The notes beneath the pieces are model-generated. The model saw only the letters and a list, made by a program, of their open reading frames with translations, did no database searches and was not told where the DNA came from. From contig BTWA01000013.1 of the NCBI GenBank assembly GCA_045863295.1, positions 1 to 64,000 of the forward strand: a stretch of DNA of 64,000 nt, given 5' to 3'. Shown here piece after piece: positions 50,531 to 61,170 of the stretch. The stretch's first letter is position 1. The number at the start of each line of letters is the position of its first letter. The stretch comes from Candidatus Hydrogenedentota bacterium. Lineage in GTDB: Bacteria; Hydrogenedentota; Hydrogenedentia; Hydrogenedentales; SLHB01. The translations under genes were made by a program, and so were the position numbers.

Positions 50531-50611
50531 AAGCGGGGCCTACCCGAGTTACCCGATGCCACCACTAACAGTATATAGTATTTTCCAAACCCATACAACA
50601 AGATAATGTAG

Positions 50612-51685
50612 TCAGATTACGTAATCCTCGGCGAAGACTCTGGCGTTATGAAGTTTGAGGAATACGCGGTCGCCGGTCTGGATCCGCAGTGCGGCAAAGC
50701 GGTCGTGGGACATTTCGGCCAGCACCGGGTCGCCACTCTCTGTGAGCAACTGCAGCCGAACCATCGGGCCGGCAGATTGGATGCGGCGGATGGTCGCGGG
50801 CAATACGTCTCGACCGTTATCCCGCCGGATGTCAACTTCATATGGCCGAATGAATGCTTTGGCGGTCACACCATCGGTTAGTGGCGGCCCATTCTGGGGA
50901 AGTGAGAACGGGCCGATTTGGACCCGTCCGTCCTCCACTCGGCCGTGAAAGAGATTCACGTGACCGAGGAAATTCAAGACGAACTCGTTGGCCGGCTGGT
51001 GGAACAGTTCGTCGGGCGTGCCGTCCTGCTCTATACGCCCCTTGTTCATGACGACAACACGGTCGGCCACTTCGAGCGCTTCCTCCTGGTCGTGGGTCAC
51101 GAGGATGCTTGTAACATGAAGTTCGTCGTGTAGTCGGCGCAGCCATTGGCGCAGTTCCTGGCGCACTTTGGCATCGAGCGCGCCAAAGGGCTCGTCGAGC
51201 AAGAGCACTCTGGGTTCAATGGCCAGCGCCCGTGCCAGAGCAACGCGTTGGCGCTGTCCGCCTGACAATTGCGCAGGGTACCGCTTCTCCATGTTTTCAA
51301 GCTGGATGAGTTTCAACAGGGTGCGCACCCGGTCCTCAATCGCGTCTCTGCCAGGCCGCAATGAACGCCGTCGTACGCGCAGTCCAAAGGCGATGTTTTC
51401 GAACACGGTCATGTGCCGGAACAAGGCATAGTGTTGAAACACGAAACCCACGCCCCGTTGACCAACCCGGCTCCCCGTCACCTCCTCTTCGTTGAAATAT
51501 ATTTCTGACCCCTTCTTTCGATCGGCCAGTTCGAGGCCGGCGATGATGCGCAATAGCGTCGTCTTGCCGGATCCGGACGGGCCAAGTAAGGCCACCAGTT
51601 CACCTTCGTCAATCTTGAGGCTCACATCGCGCAGTGCGGCAAAGGTTCCAAAGGTCTTCGACACATTCTTGACTTCAATGCTCAT
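50612..51685 (-). CDS. cysA: Sulfate ABC transporter ATP-binding protein
   Basis: [48 protein letters not shown]. Confidence 0.94.
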   Translation of the reverse strand: MSIEVKNVSKTFGTFAALRDVSLKIDEGELVALLGPSGSGKTTLLRIIAGLELADRKKGSEIYFNEEEVTGSRVGQRGVGFVFQHYALFRHMTVFENIAFGLRVRRRSLRPGRDAIEDRVRTLLKLIQLENMEKRYPAQLSGGQRQRVALARALAIEPRVLLLDEPFGALDAKVRQELRQWLRRLHDELHVTSILVTHDQEEALEVADRVVVMNKGRIEQDGTPDELFHQPANEFVLNFLGHVNLFHGRVEDGRVQIGPFSLPQNGPPLTDGVTAKAFIRPYEVDIRRDNGRDVLPATIRRIQSAGPMVRLQLLTESGDPVLAEMSHDRFAALRIQTGDRVFLKLHNARVFAEDYVI

Positions 51686-52560
51686 GTCAGCCGCTCTCCT
51701 CGCGCTTCTTCGGCCGCTTCGGCGTACGATTGGTTCACATTCCATTCCACCAGCGATTTAGCAATCAGGGTCACAAGCGCAAGAAACGCCAGAATCGACG
51801 CGGCTGCAAATGCCGCCACGAAATTGTATTCGTTGTACAGGATCTCAACGTGCAGCGGGATGGTGTTGGTTAGCCCGCGTATATGCCCTGATACCACCGA
51901 AACGGCGCCGAACTCGCCCATGGCCCGTGCGTTGCAGAGAATGACGCCATAGAGCAGCGCCCACTTCACATTGGGAAGCGTAACACGCCGGTAGGTCTGC
52001 AACCCGCTTGCCCCTAGAAGCAACGCCGCGTGTTCTTCATCCGTACCCTGTTCTTGCATGAGGGGAATCAGTTCGCGCGCCACAAAAGGAAAGGTGACGA
52101 AGATCGTAGCCAACACGATGCCCGGCACAGCGAAAATAATCTTGATGTCGTGCTCGCTCAACCACGGCCCGAACCATCCCTGTAATCCGAACAGCAGGAC
52201 AAATATGAGGCCCGATATCACCGGCGATACGGCAAACGGAAGATCGATGAGCGTAATCAACAGGTTGCGCCCCGGGAATTCGAATTTCGCCAAGGCCCAG
52301 GACGCAGCCAAGCCAAAGATCAGATTCACCGGCACCGCCACCGCCGCCGAAATCAATGTCAGCCGGACCGCAGCCAGGGCATCGGGCTCCCGCAAACTGG
52401 CCCAATAGACCCCGGCGCCTTTCCGGAACGCCTCCACAAATACGGCGGCCAGGGGAACCACAAGAAAGGAGAGCAAGAATACGATAGTAACTAACAGTAG
52501 TGCGAGTTGCACCCAGATTGGATCGCGTGTCGAACGCTTCGCGGTGGACTGTGCGGCCAT
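51682..52560 (-). CDS. cysW: Sulfate ABC transporter permease CysW
   Basis: [39 protein letters not shown]. Confidence 0.93.
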   Translation of the reverse strand: MAAQSTAKRSTRDPIWVQLALLLVTIVFLLSFLVVPLAAVFVEAFRKGAGVYWASLREPDALAAVRLTLISAAVAVPVNLIFGLAASWALAKFEFPGRNLLITLIDLPFAVSPVISGLIFVLLFGLQGWFGPWLSEHDIKIIFAVPGIVLATIFVTFPFVARELIPLMQEQGTDEEHAALLLGASGLQTYRRVTLPNVKWALLYGVILCNARAMGEFGAVSVVSGHIRGLTNTIPLHVEILYNEYNFVAAFAAASILAFLALVTLIAKSLVEWNVNQSYAEAAEEARGERLT

Positions 52561-53402
52561 CACGCGAAATCTCCCTGGTAACGGCGAACGCTCCACCATT
52601 GAATCAGATTCATCGTCAACATGAGCACAAATGAAAACACGAGCATGACGAGTGCAATAGCCGTGGCGCCGGGATAGTCGAATTGCTCCAGCTTGGTAAT
52701 GATAAGCAGGGTCGTTATCTCGGTTTTCATCGGCATGTTTCCAGAAATAAAAACGACCGAACCGTATTCGCCGATGGCACGTGCAAAGGACAGCGCAAAT
52801 CCTGTCAGCAACGGCGGCAGTAACGTGGGAAAGAGCACAAGCCGGAAAGTCTGCAGCCGGGTCGCGCCGAGACTGGCCGCCGCTTCCTCCAATTCCGACT
52901 CAAGGTCGTCGATCGCCGGCTGCAATGTGCGAACGACAAAAGGCAATCCGATAAACGTGAGCGCTATCGTCACGCCCAAGGGAGAGAAGGCCGCTTTGAT
53001 CCCCCATGGCTCAAGGTACTGCCCGATCCAGCCGTTCTTGGAATACACCGTCGTGAGTGCGATTCCCGAAACGGCGGTCGGCAGGGCGAAGGGCAAATCG
53101 ACCAGCGCGTCAATAAATCGCCTGAACGGAAATTGATAGCGCACGAGTGTCCATGCGGTAATGAATCCAAATACGGCGTTGATCGAAGCCCCGATGAAGG
53201 AGGCCGTGAACGTCAGCTTGTACGACGCCACAACGCGGGGATCGGTAATCGTGCTCCAGAATGCCTCCCACGTCATCGTGGCGGTCTTGAAAAACAATGC
53301 GCTTAATGGGATCAGCACTATCAAGCTGAGGTACACCATGGAAAACCCCAGCGTAATGCCAAAACCAGGCAGCACAGAGTACTTTCTTCGTAGAATCGAC
53401 AT
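52560..53402 (-). CDS. cysT: Sulfate ABC transporter permease CysT (CysU)
   Basis: [43 protein letters not shown]. Confidence 0.93.
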   Translation of the reverse strand: MSILRRKYSVLPGFGITLGFSMVYLSLIVLIPLSALFFKTATMTWEAFWSTITDPRVVASYKLTFTASFIGASINAVFGFITAWTLVRYQFPFRRFIDALVDLPFALPTAVSGIALTTVYSKNGWIGQYLEPWGIKAAFSPLGVTIALTFIGLPFVVRTLQPAIDDLESELEEAAASLGATRLQTFRLVLFPTLLPPLLTGFALSFARAIGEYGSVVFISGNMPMKTEITTLLIITKLEQFDYPGATAIALVMLVFSFVLMLTMNLIQWWSVRRYQGDFA

Positions 53403-53518
53403 GTGCTGTCGGAACTCCTGTACAGTCGGGCCGCCGGCTCCGCGCCGGGGCATTGAATCGCCGCGCGCATTTGGAAACGTCCGCGGGGCGCCTTCAGAAC
53501 AGTTTTGCGTCAATCAGA

Positions 53519-54613
53519 TTAGTTGCCGGGTTTGTAGATCGCGTCAAAAACACCCCCGTCGTTGAAATGCTCGGCTTGCGCCTTCTGCCACCCGCCAAAA
53601 TCGTCAATGGTTACCAATTCGACTTCGGGAAACCGCTTGAGGTCCTCCGGGTCCGCATGCTCTGGCGAGATAGGGCGGTAAAAATGTTTGGCGGCAATGC
53701 GCTGCCCTTCGGGCGAGTACAAGTATTCGAGGTACGCTTTCGATACGGCATCCGTCTTGTGCTTCTTCGCATTCTTGTCCACCACCGTCACGGGGGGCTC
53801 GGCCAGAATGCTCAGCGAAGGAACAACGATTTCAAAGTCACCCGCGCCAAATTCCTTCAATGCGAGAAACGCTTCGTTTTCCCATGCCAACAACACATCA
53901 CCTATGCCGCGCTGCACAAAGGTAGTCGTGCTGCCGCGCGCGCCTGAATCCAACACGGGAACGTTTTTGTATAGCGCGGTCACGAAGGCCTGCGCCTTGG
54001 TATCCGCCGCTTTGACGGCGTCGGCTTTCGCTTGATCTTTCAGCGCCGCAAGATCGCCCAATTCCTTCTTCAATACGAATGCCCACGCGGCAAGATAGTT
54101 CCACCGCGCGCCGCCCGACGTCTTGGGGTTTGGCGTGATAACTTCTATCCCCGGCTTGACGAGATCGCCCCAGTCTTTGATACCTTTCGGATTGCCCTTT
54201 CGCACCAGAAACACAATGGTGCTCGTATACGGCGAGCTGTTGTGCGGCAAGCGTGACTGCCAGTCTTCGGGAAAAAGCTTTGCCTGCTTGGCGATAGCGT
54301 CGATATCGTAGGCGAGGGCGAGCGTAACCACGTCAGCCTCCAAGCCGTCGATCACGGCGCGAGCCTGCTTGCCAGCACCTCCGTGCGATTGCTGAATCGT
54401 GACCGTTTCCCCGGTTTTTTCCTTCCAGTGCTTTGCAAATGCCGCGTTGTACTCGACATAGAGTTCACGGGTGGGATCGTAGGACACGTTCAGGATGGAC
54501 GTGTCCGCGTGTGCCTTCGCGAATGACATCGCAAAGAGCGCCGCCGCGGACCATCGGATGGCGCTCCGCAAGGCGCGCCGCATTGTTTCAAAGGCCGGTT
54601 TCGAGTAGTGCAT
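53519..54613 (-). CDS. sbp: Sulfate-binding periplasmic protein
   Basis: [53 protein letters not shown]. Confidence 0.94.
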   Translation of the reverse strand: MHYSKPAFETMRRALRSAIRWSAAALFAMSFAKAHADTSILNVSYDPTRELYVEYNAAFAKHWKEKTGETVTIQQSHGGAGKQARAVIDGLEADVVTLALAYDIDAIAKQAKLFPEDWQSRLPHNSSPYTSTIVFLVRKGNPKGIKDWGDLVKPGIEVITPNPKTSGGARWNYLAAWAFVLKKELGDLAALKDQAKADAVKAADTKAQAFVTALYKNVPVLDSGARGSTTTFVQRGIGDVLLAWENEAFLALKEFGAGDFEIVVPSLSILAEPPVTVVDKNAKKHKTDAVSKAYLEYLYSPEGQRIAAKHFYRPISPEHADPEDLKRFPEVELVTIDDFGGWQKAQAEHFNDGGVFDAIYKPGN

Positions 54614-54660
54614 TGTATGTTTCCTTTGCGATCGTTTTTTGCCTGTGCATGAGGGAGTCA

Positions 54661-54707
54661 GCGCGGGAACGGCGGTTCCCAAGCGGGTGTTTCCGCCGTT
54701 CCCGCGC
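54661..54707. other. Perfect 15-bp inverted repeat (intra-operon stem-loop)
   Basis: GCGCGGGAACGGCGG (54661-54675) / CCGCCGTTCCCGCGC (54693-54707), between the small ORF and sbp. Confidence 0.7.
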
Positions 54708-54720
54708 GGCCGGGGGGAGC

Positions 54721-54912
54721 TTAGGGATTCTTGTAGTCTTGCACCGCCTCCCAGATGTTCAGCCCGACGGCACTGAGCACGCTGGTGGCAGTTGCCAACG
54801 TGCTGAATGCGGTTGCCAACGTGCCGAACGCCGCGAGCTTCTGTTGCACAACCAGGATTGATTGGGCCAGAGCGGGCCGTCTCGGTTTACTGATGGTTTG
54901 AATGTGCGTCAT
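54721..54912 (-). CDS. Small hypothetical protein (63 aa) inside the sulfate operon
   Basis: AAGGAG RBS before ATG 54912; hydrophobic Ala/Thr-rich C-terminal half with a 21-nt tandem duplication. Confidence 0.6.
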   Translation of the reverse strand: MTHIQTISKPRRPALAQSILVVQQKLAAFGTLATAFSTLATATSVLSAVGLNIWEAVQDYKNP

Positions 54913-54970
54913 GAATCGTTTCTCCTTTGCGAAGTCCGCTTTGTATTGCGCGGAGTTGTTTTCGATGTGA

Positions 54971-56401
54971 CTAGAACTCAAGTTGAAACCGGGTGAGGAA
55001 CATGTCAAAGGTCCCGTCAAACAGCGGATGGTCGATTTCGTTGCGGATGTAGTTCCACGTGATGCGGAAATTGGGATTGAGATACCAGTTCAAGCCCAGC
55101 GTGTAACTGGCATGTTCGCCGCCATTCACCGGCCCATCGTTCATGTCCACGAACGAGTACCGGGCTGTGGCTTCCCATGCGCCCCATCCATGCTCGCCAT
55201 CCTTGAACTTGAAGTTGCTGTTGGGGATAGGATTGTCAAACGTCGCGCGATCGGTGCGGTATGGGCGATGCTCGCCGGTTAGAAAGTAACTGGCCTGCGC
55301 ATAGTAGCCCGCGTAATCGACTGTGCCGCCAAAGGTAGTGTCCACCGAGGAATGCATGTATTCGCCTTGCAGCGAAAAAGGACCCAGAACCAGTGCGGCC
55401 TCGCCACCGAATAAATCGACGGTGTCCGCGCGCGCGTCCTGCAGGCGGAACAAACGCGGCAATCGCGCACCATCGGGATCGGCGTACCGGAAAAGTGCAA
55501 GGCGCGATTCAGGGCGTGTGCCGTAGGGAAGGCGAGCACCATCGGGATTGCGATGGCTGTACGCCGCACCCAAGTGCAGCAACTTGCGGCCTTCGTCCTT
55601 GTACCACGGCAATCCCGTCAACCGCATGGTCAGTTGATAGCCCTGATCCTCGTCCGAGTCGTTGCTGCTGGGTATGTCGTCCGTTTCCTTGAACAAGCCC
55701 ACGGCCCATGTCAACCGCTCGCTCTTGGGTTCGCCCAACAGCGCATCGCTGATCTGAATGCCTGCGTTGCGGCTCGGAACAAATACATTCGCCAGCGATT
55801 TCTCCACAAACGTGCGATACACAACAGGCGTCAGTTCTTCGAGACTGAAAGGCTCCCGGAAGTGACCCATGCGCAAGGAGAATTCGCGCTCACCGCCGTA
55901 AGGAACGCCGTCATATTGGAGATACACGTCGCGAAACTTGGGCGAGTCCGCCCCGTTCTCGCCCGCAAAATCGATCTCCGAATTGAACGAAAAATCGTCC
56001 CAGAACTTGCCTTGAATAACCAGTCGCGCATAACGAAATCCCGTGCCGTCCTGTTCGTCTCCAAGAGCAAGCTTCAATTCGTCGTTCTGGTTAAACCAGG
56101 CCCAGTCGTGGGCAATGCGTGTCCGAATCCTCAATTGAAAGGCATCATCGCCGGACGTGACTTGAAGGCCGCCGCTGTCGAGTTTCACCTTGGGGGTCGT
56201 CTTGGCCTTTTCCTTCGCGGTCGCGTCGGAAGTCGCCTTGTCGTTTTCAAGCTTTACTTCCAGCAGGCGCAGTTGCTTGGTGAGTTCGTACACCTGCCGC
56301 TTCAGCGCCTCCAGTTCTCCGCCGGAAGCGTCCGCCGCAGCCACGGATACGGATAACGTTGTCGCGAGCACGATTCCCGCGACCCACCGATTTCCAGACA
56401 T
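54971..56401 (-). CDS. OprO/OprP-family anion-selective porin
   Basis: Signal peptide, N-terminal coiled coil, FREPFSLEEL, ASYFLTGEHRPY, WGAWEATARYS, TLGLNWYLNPN, C-terminal Phe. Confidence 0.88.
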   Translation of the reverse strand: MSGNRWVAGIVLATTLSVSVAAADASGGELEALKRQVYELTKQLRLLEVKLENDKATSDATAKEKAKTTPKVKLDSGGLQVTSGDDAFQLRIRTRIAHDWAWFNQNDELKLALGDEQDGTGFRYARLVIQGKFWDDFSFNSEIDFAGENGADSPKFRDVYLQYDGVPYGGEREFSLRMGHFREPFSLEELTPVVYRTFVEKSLANVFVPSRNAGIQISDALLGEPKSERLTWAVGLFKETDDIPSSNDSDEDQGYQLTMRLTGLPWYKDEGRKLLHLGAAYSHRNPDGARLPYGTRPESRLALFRYADPDGARLPRLFRLQDARADTVDLFGGEAALVLGPFSLQGEYMHSSVDTTFGGTVDYAGYYAQASYFLTGEHRPYRTDRATFDNPIPNSNFKFKDGEHGWGAWEATARYSFVDMNDGPVNGGEHASYTLGLNWYLNPNFRITWNYIRNEIDHPLFDGTFDMFLTRFQLEF

Positions 56402-56470
56402 GTTTACTCTCCCTGGCTGACAGGATTCGCCAGCCATGTCGTTGATTCAGATTGCTTTGATCCGGTTAGG

Positions 56471-56638
56471 TTAAGTGCAACAAGGCCAACAGGATGGGAG
56501 AGGTCTCATGTTGTTGCCGTTTGAGGCCGAAGAGTCAATTGAGTCATCGGCATGCACTTGTATTGCAACGAGTAGCTTTTCAAGCAGACTTGGTTCCGGT
56601 CCGCTGGCATGTACTTTGAGTCGGTCGATGGTGTTCAT
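56471..56638 (-). CDS. Putative leader peptide / uORF ending in CWPCCT
   Basis: 55-aa ORF (internal ATG at 56509 gives MRPLPSCWPCCT) in the leader of the sulfate operon; its ATG lies at the predicted transcription start. Confidence 0.4.
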   Translation of the reverse strand: MNTIDRLKVHASGPEPSLLEKLLVAIQVHADDSIDSSASNGNNMRPLPSCWPCCT

Positions 56639-56643
56639 TATTA

Positions 56644-56674
56644 ATCCTATAAAGTCACTAGGAAATAGGGTCAA
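56644..56674 (-). promoter_or_regulatory. Sigma70-type promoter of the sulfate operon, overlapped by palindromic operator TCCTA-N9-TAGGA
   Basis: Minus strand TTGACC-N17-TATAGG(AT); inverted repeat at 56645-56663. Confidence 0.55.
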
Positions 56675-56685
56675 AAAAGAGCAAA

Positions 56686-57147
56686 TTAGATGTAGTACAT
56701 CGGTGCGCTCCCGGCTTCCGCCAATTCATCGGCTTGGTCCGAGAGATCCCGCAAGGTGGTCCCATCAAGCACTTGAGCAATTGCATTGCGTACATCCTTC
56801 ATCACCCCCCTCAGGGCACAGGTTGATTCATCCACACAGTCATCGCATTTCTGATAGTGTTCCTGGCTCACACACGGCGTCGGCGCCAGCGGTCCATCCA
56901 GCATGCGGACGATCCTGCCGAGACGTATTTTCGCCGGATCTTCCGTCAAGGAGTATCCACCATCGGGACCGCGCTTACTTGTCACCACGCCGTGGTTTTT
57001 CAGTTCGAGCAGGATTGCCTCCAGAAATTTTAGCGGAATTTTCTGCTGCCGGGCAATGGATGCGGCTGTGGTCAATTCATTCCTTGGCTGCAACCGTGCC
57101 AATTCCATGAGTGCACGCAGGCCGTATTTGGTTTTGGTCGTGAGCAA
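56686..57147 (-). CDS. Rrf2-family transcriptional regulator (CymR/IscR-like)
   Basis: TTKTKYGLRALMEL, IPLKFLEAILLELK, SKRGPDGGYSL, Cys cluster CVS...CDDC...C; TTG start at 57147. Confidence 0.92.
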   Translation of the reverse strand: MLTTKTKYGLRALMELARLQPRNELTTAASIARQQKIPLKFLEAILLELKNHGVVTSKRGPDGGYSLTEDPAKIRLGRIVRMLDGPLAPTPCVSQEHYQKCDDCVDESTCALRGVMKDVRNAIAQVLDGTTLRDLSDQADELAEAGSAPMYYI

Positions 57148-57157
57148 TCGTGTCAAT

Positions 57158-57206
57158 TCCGATTTGTTTAATAGGTAATATAATGGATTCCCCTGGATTT
57201 TGTCAA
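57158..57206 (-). promoter_or_regulatory. Sigma70 promoter of the Rrf2 gene, with a downstream operator-like palindrome
   Basis: Minus strand TTGACA-N18-TATATT; TCCGA-N9-TAGGT at 57158-57176 resembles the 56645 palindrome. Confidence 0.55.
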
Positions 57207-57360
57207 GCCCGGGGTCCGAGCGCGCTTTGCATCCGTCGGTTGCTTGGATGTTTTTCGGGTGAACGGTATGATGGTGAGCGAGTTTGCCGCAGGCGCGGGC
57301 ATTCATTTGGGAATGGCCGGGGCGGACCGAGGCAAGGCGGAAGCAAGAGGAGTCATCTCG

Positions 57361-58509
57361 ATGAAGACGTTCGTGCGAATAGGGGTGGTCACGGTTTTGG
57401 CGCTGTCCGTTCTGGCGGGGCCGGTTTTGGCGCAAGCCAAGCCGCTGACGGAAGAGGAATTGGCGCAGGGCTGGATTCAGTTGTTTGACGGCGAGACGTT
57501 GTTTGGCTGGACGCAGTTGGGGGCGGGCAATTGGCGCGTGGAAGAAGGCAATATTGTAGTGGATGGCTGGTCGAACGGCTGGATTGCGACGACGAGCGCG
57601 TTCACGAACTGCGAGTTGGTCGTGAAGTTGCGGGTATCGCCGGAGGGTGGGGCGAGCGTTTCCGTGCAACCGCATTTGGAGAAGAATGCGCACGAGTTGG
57701 ACGCGAATGCCGTTGCCGTTGTTGCACGGACGGAAAAGGATCAGAAGCCAGAGTGGCGCACGGTGCGCATCGTGTTGGAGAAAGACTCGGCCAAGATGTC
57801 GATCGATGACAAGTCTCCGGCAAATATCCCGGTATTGAGCACTCCACGGTACGTCGGCATTCAAACGTTTGGCAAGGGCACGACGCTGGAGATTTCGGAA
57901 GTGAAGTTGCGGCCGTTGGGTCTTGAATCGATTTTCAACGGCAAGGATTTGACGGGTTGGAACATCATCCCGGATCACAAATCGGTGTTTTCCGTTGTGG
58001 ATGGCGCGATGCGAATTGAGAATGGCAACGGCCAGATTGAGACGGATGCGGTGTACAAGGATTTTGTGCTGCAACTTGACGTGGTGGCCTACGGCAATTC
58101 GAATCCCGAGAAAAAGCCGTTGAACAGCGGCGTATTTTTCCGCAGCCCGAAGGGCGTGTTCTGGAAGGGCTATGAATCGCAATTGCGCAACGAGTGGACC
58201 GATGATGATCGGACGAAGCCGCATGATTTTGGCACGGGCGGCATCTATGCATTGCAGCCCACGCGCAAGGTGATTCCGAACGAAGGCGACTGGTTTCACA
58301 AGACGATCGTCGTGCATGGCAATCACATGGCGACATGGGTGAACGGCTATCAGACCGCCGATTACACGGACGTGCGGCCGCCGGTGACGAACGGCGACGG
58401 CAAGGCGGGGCTAGTGATGGAACCGGGCACGATCACGTTGCAGGGCCATGATCCGACGACGAAATTGGATTTCAAGAACATCAACATCAGCGCGTATCCC
58501 GAGAAATAA
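57361..58509 (+). CDS. Secreted tandem DUF1080 (3-keto-disaccharide hydrolase-like) protein
   Basis: Signal peptide; GWIQLFDGETLFGW and IFNGKDLTGW, NSGVFFR, YESQ, TGGIY, ITLQGHD...FKNI; GAGGAG RBS. Confidence 0.88.
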   Translation: MKTFVRIGVVTVLALSVLAGPVLAQAKPLTEEELAQGWIQLFDGETLFGWTQLGAGNWRVEEGNIVVDGWSNGWIATTSAFTNCELVVKLRVSPEGGASVSVQPHLEKNAHELDANAVAVVARTEKDQKPEWRTVRIVLEKDSAKMSIDDKSPANIPVLSTPRYVGIQTFGKGTTLEISEVKLRPLGLESIFNGKDLTGWNIIPDHKSVFSVVDGAMRIENGNGQIETDAVYKDFVLQLDVVAYGNSNPEKKPLNSGVFFRSPKGVFWKGYESQLRNEWTDDDRTKPHDFGTGGIYALQPTRKVIPNEGDWFHKTIVVHGNHMATWVNGYQTADYTDVRPPVTNGDGKAGLVMEPGTITLQGHDPTTKLDFKNINISAYPEK

Positions 58510-58534
58510 TCGCGCTCGATTCAGAGCACTGAAT

Positions 58535-58570
58535 GACTCCGGCAACGGTTCGTTGCCGGAGTCTTTTTTT
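58535..58570 (+). terminator. Intrinsic terminator after the DUF1080 gene
   Basis: 13-bp stem GACTCCGGCAACG/CGTTGCCGGAGTC plus T7. Confidence 0.9.
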
Positions 58571-58888
58571 ATTGGCACGGTTAACGCTCAACCAAGGTGC
58601 GATGCTTGCCGCTACACCGCAATGCACTTCGCGTTACAGCGGAACGCGTGCGTGTCATTCCTGCCACTGGAGTGAAATACTCGCGAATCTGCCTTGTATA
58701 GTCGGCGTGTCTAGTATGCGGCAGATTGCGCGACATGCGACGGAAGAAACGGTCAGCTCCAAAGACTTCCGAGCCCGTTGCGACTACTTGCCGCGTGCGC
58801 GACCCGGGCTGAGCATGGTCAATGGATTGGCCGCCGCAGGACCGGACGTGGCAGTGGGTCTGGATATCGTAACGAGGAGAGTATTGCC

Positions 58889-59011
58889 ATGGATATTGGC
58901 GCGTTGCTGCAACAGATTTTTGCGTTTGTTCTGGGTTTGCTTGAGGCCTTGTTTGGGTTCGTCGGCGATCCGTTTGGCCAGAATGAAGAGGAAGAAGCAG
59001 CGACCGAATAA
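58889..59011 (+). CDS. Small hydrophobic/amphipathic protein (40 aa) with acidic tail
   Basis: GAGGAG RBS; MDIGALLQQIFAFVLGLLEALFGFVGDPFGQNEEEEAATE; followed by its own terminator. Confidence 0.7.
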   Translation: MDIGALLQQIFAFVLGLLEALFGFVGDPFGQNEEEEAATE

Positions 59012-59026
59012 GACATTCGACGATTC

Positions 59027-59069
59027 CGCGGGGGTTTGTGGCATGGCCACGAATCCCCGCGTTGTTTTT
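59027..59069 (+). terminator. Intrinsic terminator after the 40-aa ORF
   Basis: CGCGGGGGTTTGTGGC/GCCACGAATCCCCGCG stem plus TTGTTTTT. Confidence 0.75.
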
Positions 59070-59118
59070 GGGGCCGGGTGTGCTTCGTTCTCCCGGCATT
59101 CGCGGATTTGGGAATCTC

Positions 59119-59166
59119 TTGACAGAATGGGTAGTACGGGATATACTACTGAATAGATATACAGTA
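59119..59166 (+). promoter_or_regulatory. Near-consensus sigma70 promoter with an SOS-box-like palindrome at the start site
   Basis: TTGACA(59119)-N17-TATACT(59142); TACTGAATAGATATACAGTA at 59147-59166. Confidence 0.65.
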
Positions 59167-59200
59167 TTTGGAATCCTGTACATCTGGAGGGACCTTTGCC

Positions 59201-59404
59201 ATGGCTGCACCGGCACTCTTGTTTGATGTGGAACCCTTTTCCGACCGCAAGGCCGCCAAACCGGCAGGCAAGCGCATTCGGGCGGACGTGCGCGCCGCGC
59301 TTATGCGGCTCAAGAGCACGATTGACGCCATTCCCCCGGAAGAATGGAAACGGCGCGAACAGCGGTGGGAAGAACTGATGAAAAGCATTCACGGCGCGAG
59401 ATGA
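59201..59404 (+). CDS. Small basic hypothetical protein (67 aa)
   Basis: GGAGG RBS and a strong promoter upstream; predicted helical. Confidence 0.65.
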   Translation: MAAPALLFDVEPFSDRKAAKPAGKRIRADVRAALMRLKSTIDAIPPEEWKRREQRWEELMKSIHGAR

Positions 59405-59540
59405 TGCGGTAGCATGCCGGGGGCCGGAGGGCGCGATGCATTTGCATCCGCGGGCTGCCTTCCCGCCTCCGGTTCTTGCGGACGCCGCGACGTATGGAGC
59501 GCTGTTTCTATTCCTATTCGCACGGCCTGTCCGTGCGTAC

Positions 59541-61064
<1,524 letters not shown>

Positions 61065-61103
61065 GGCGATATGCTACCAAAAAGGGCAGGCGGCGCGCCC
61101 GGC

Positions 61104-61132
61104 TTGACGCTGCATGCGCCAAGCCCTAGAAT
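61104..61132 (+). promoter_or_regulatory. Sigma70 promoter
   Basis: TTGACG-N17-TAGAAT about 40 nt upstream of ATG 61171. Confidence 0.6.
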
Positions 61133-61170
61133 TCCCGCGGGTTGTGACCGGCTTGGGAGGGCGCTTATAC

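Noticed and set aside
57148..58326. 546-aa ORF apparently fusing a long N-terminus to Rrf2
   Set aside because: The N-terminal part is the antisense shadow of the DUF1080 gene; Rrf2 homology starts at 57147 with its own promoter.
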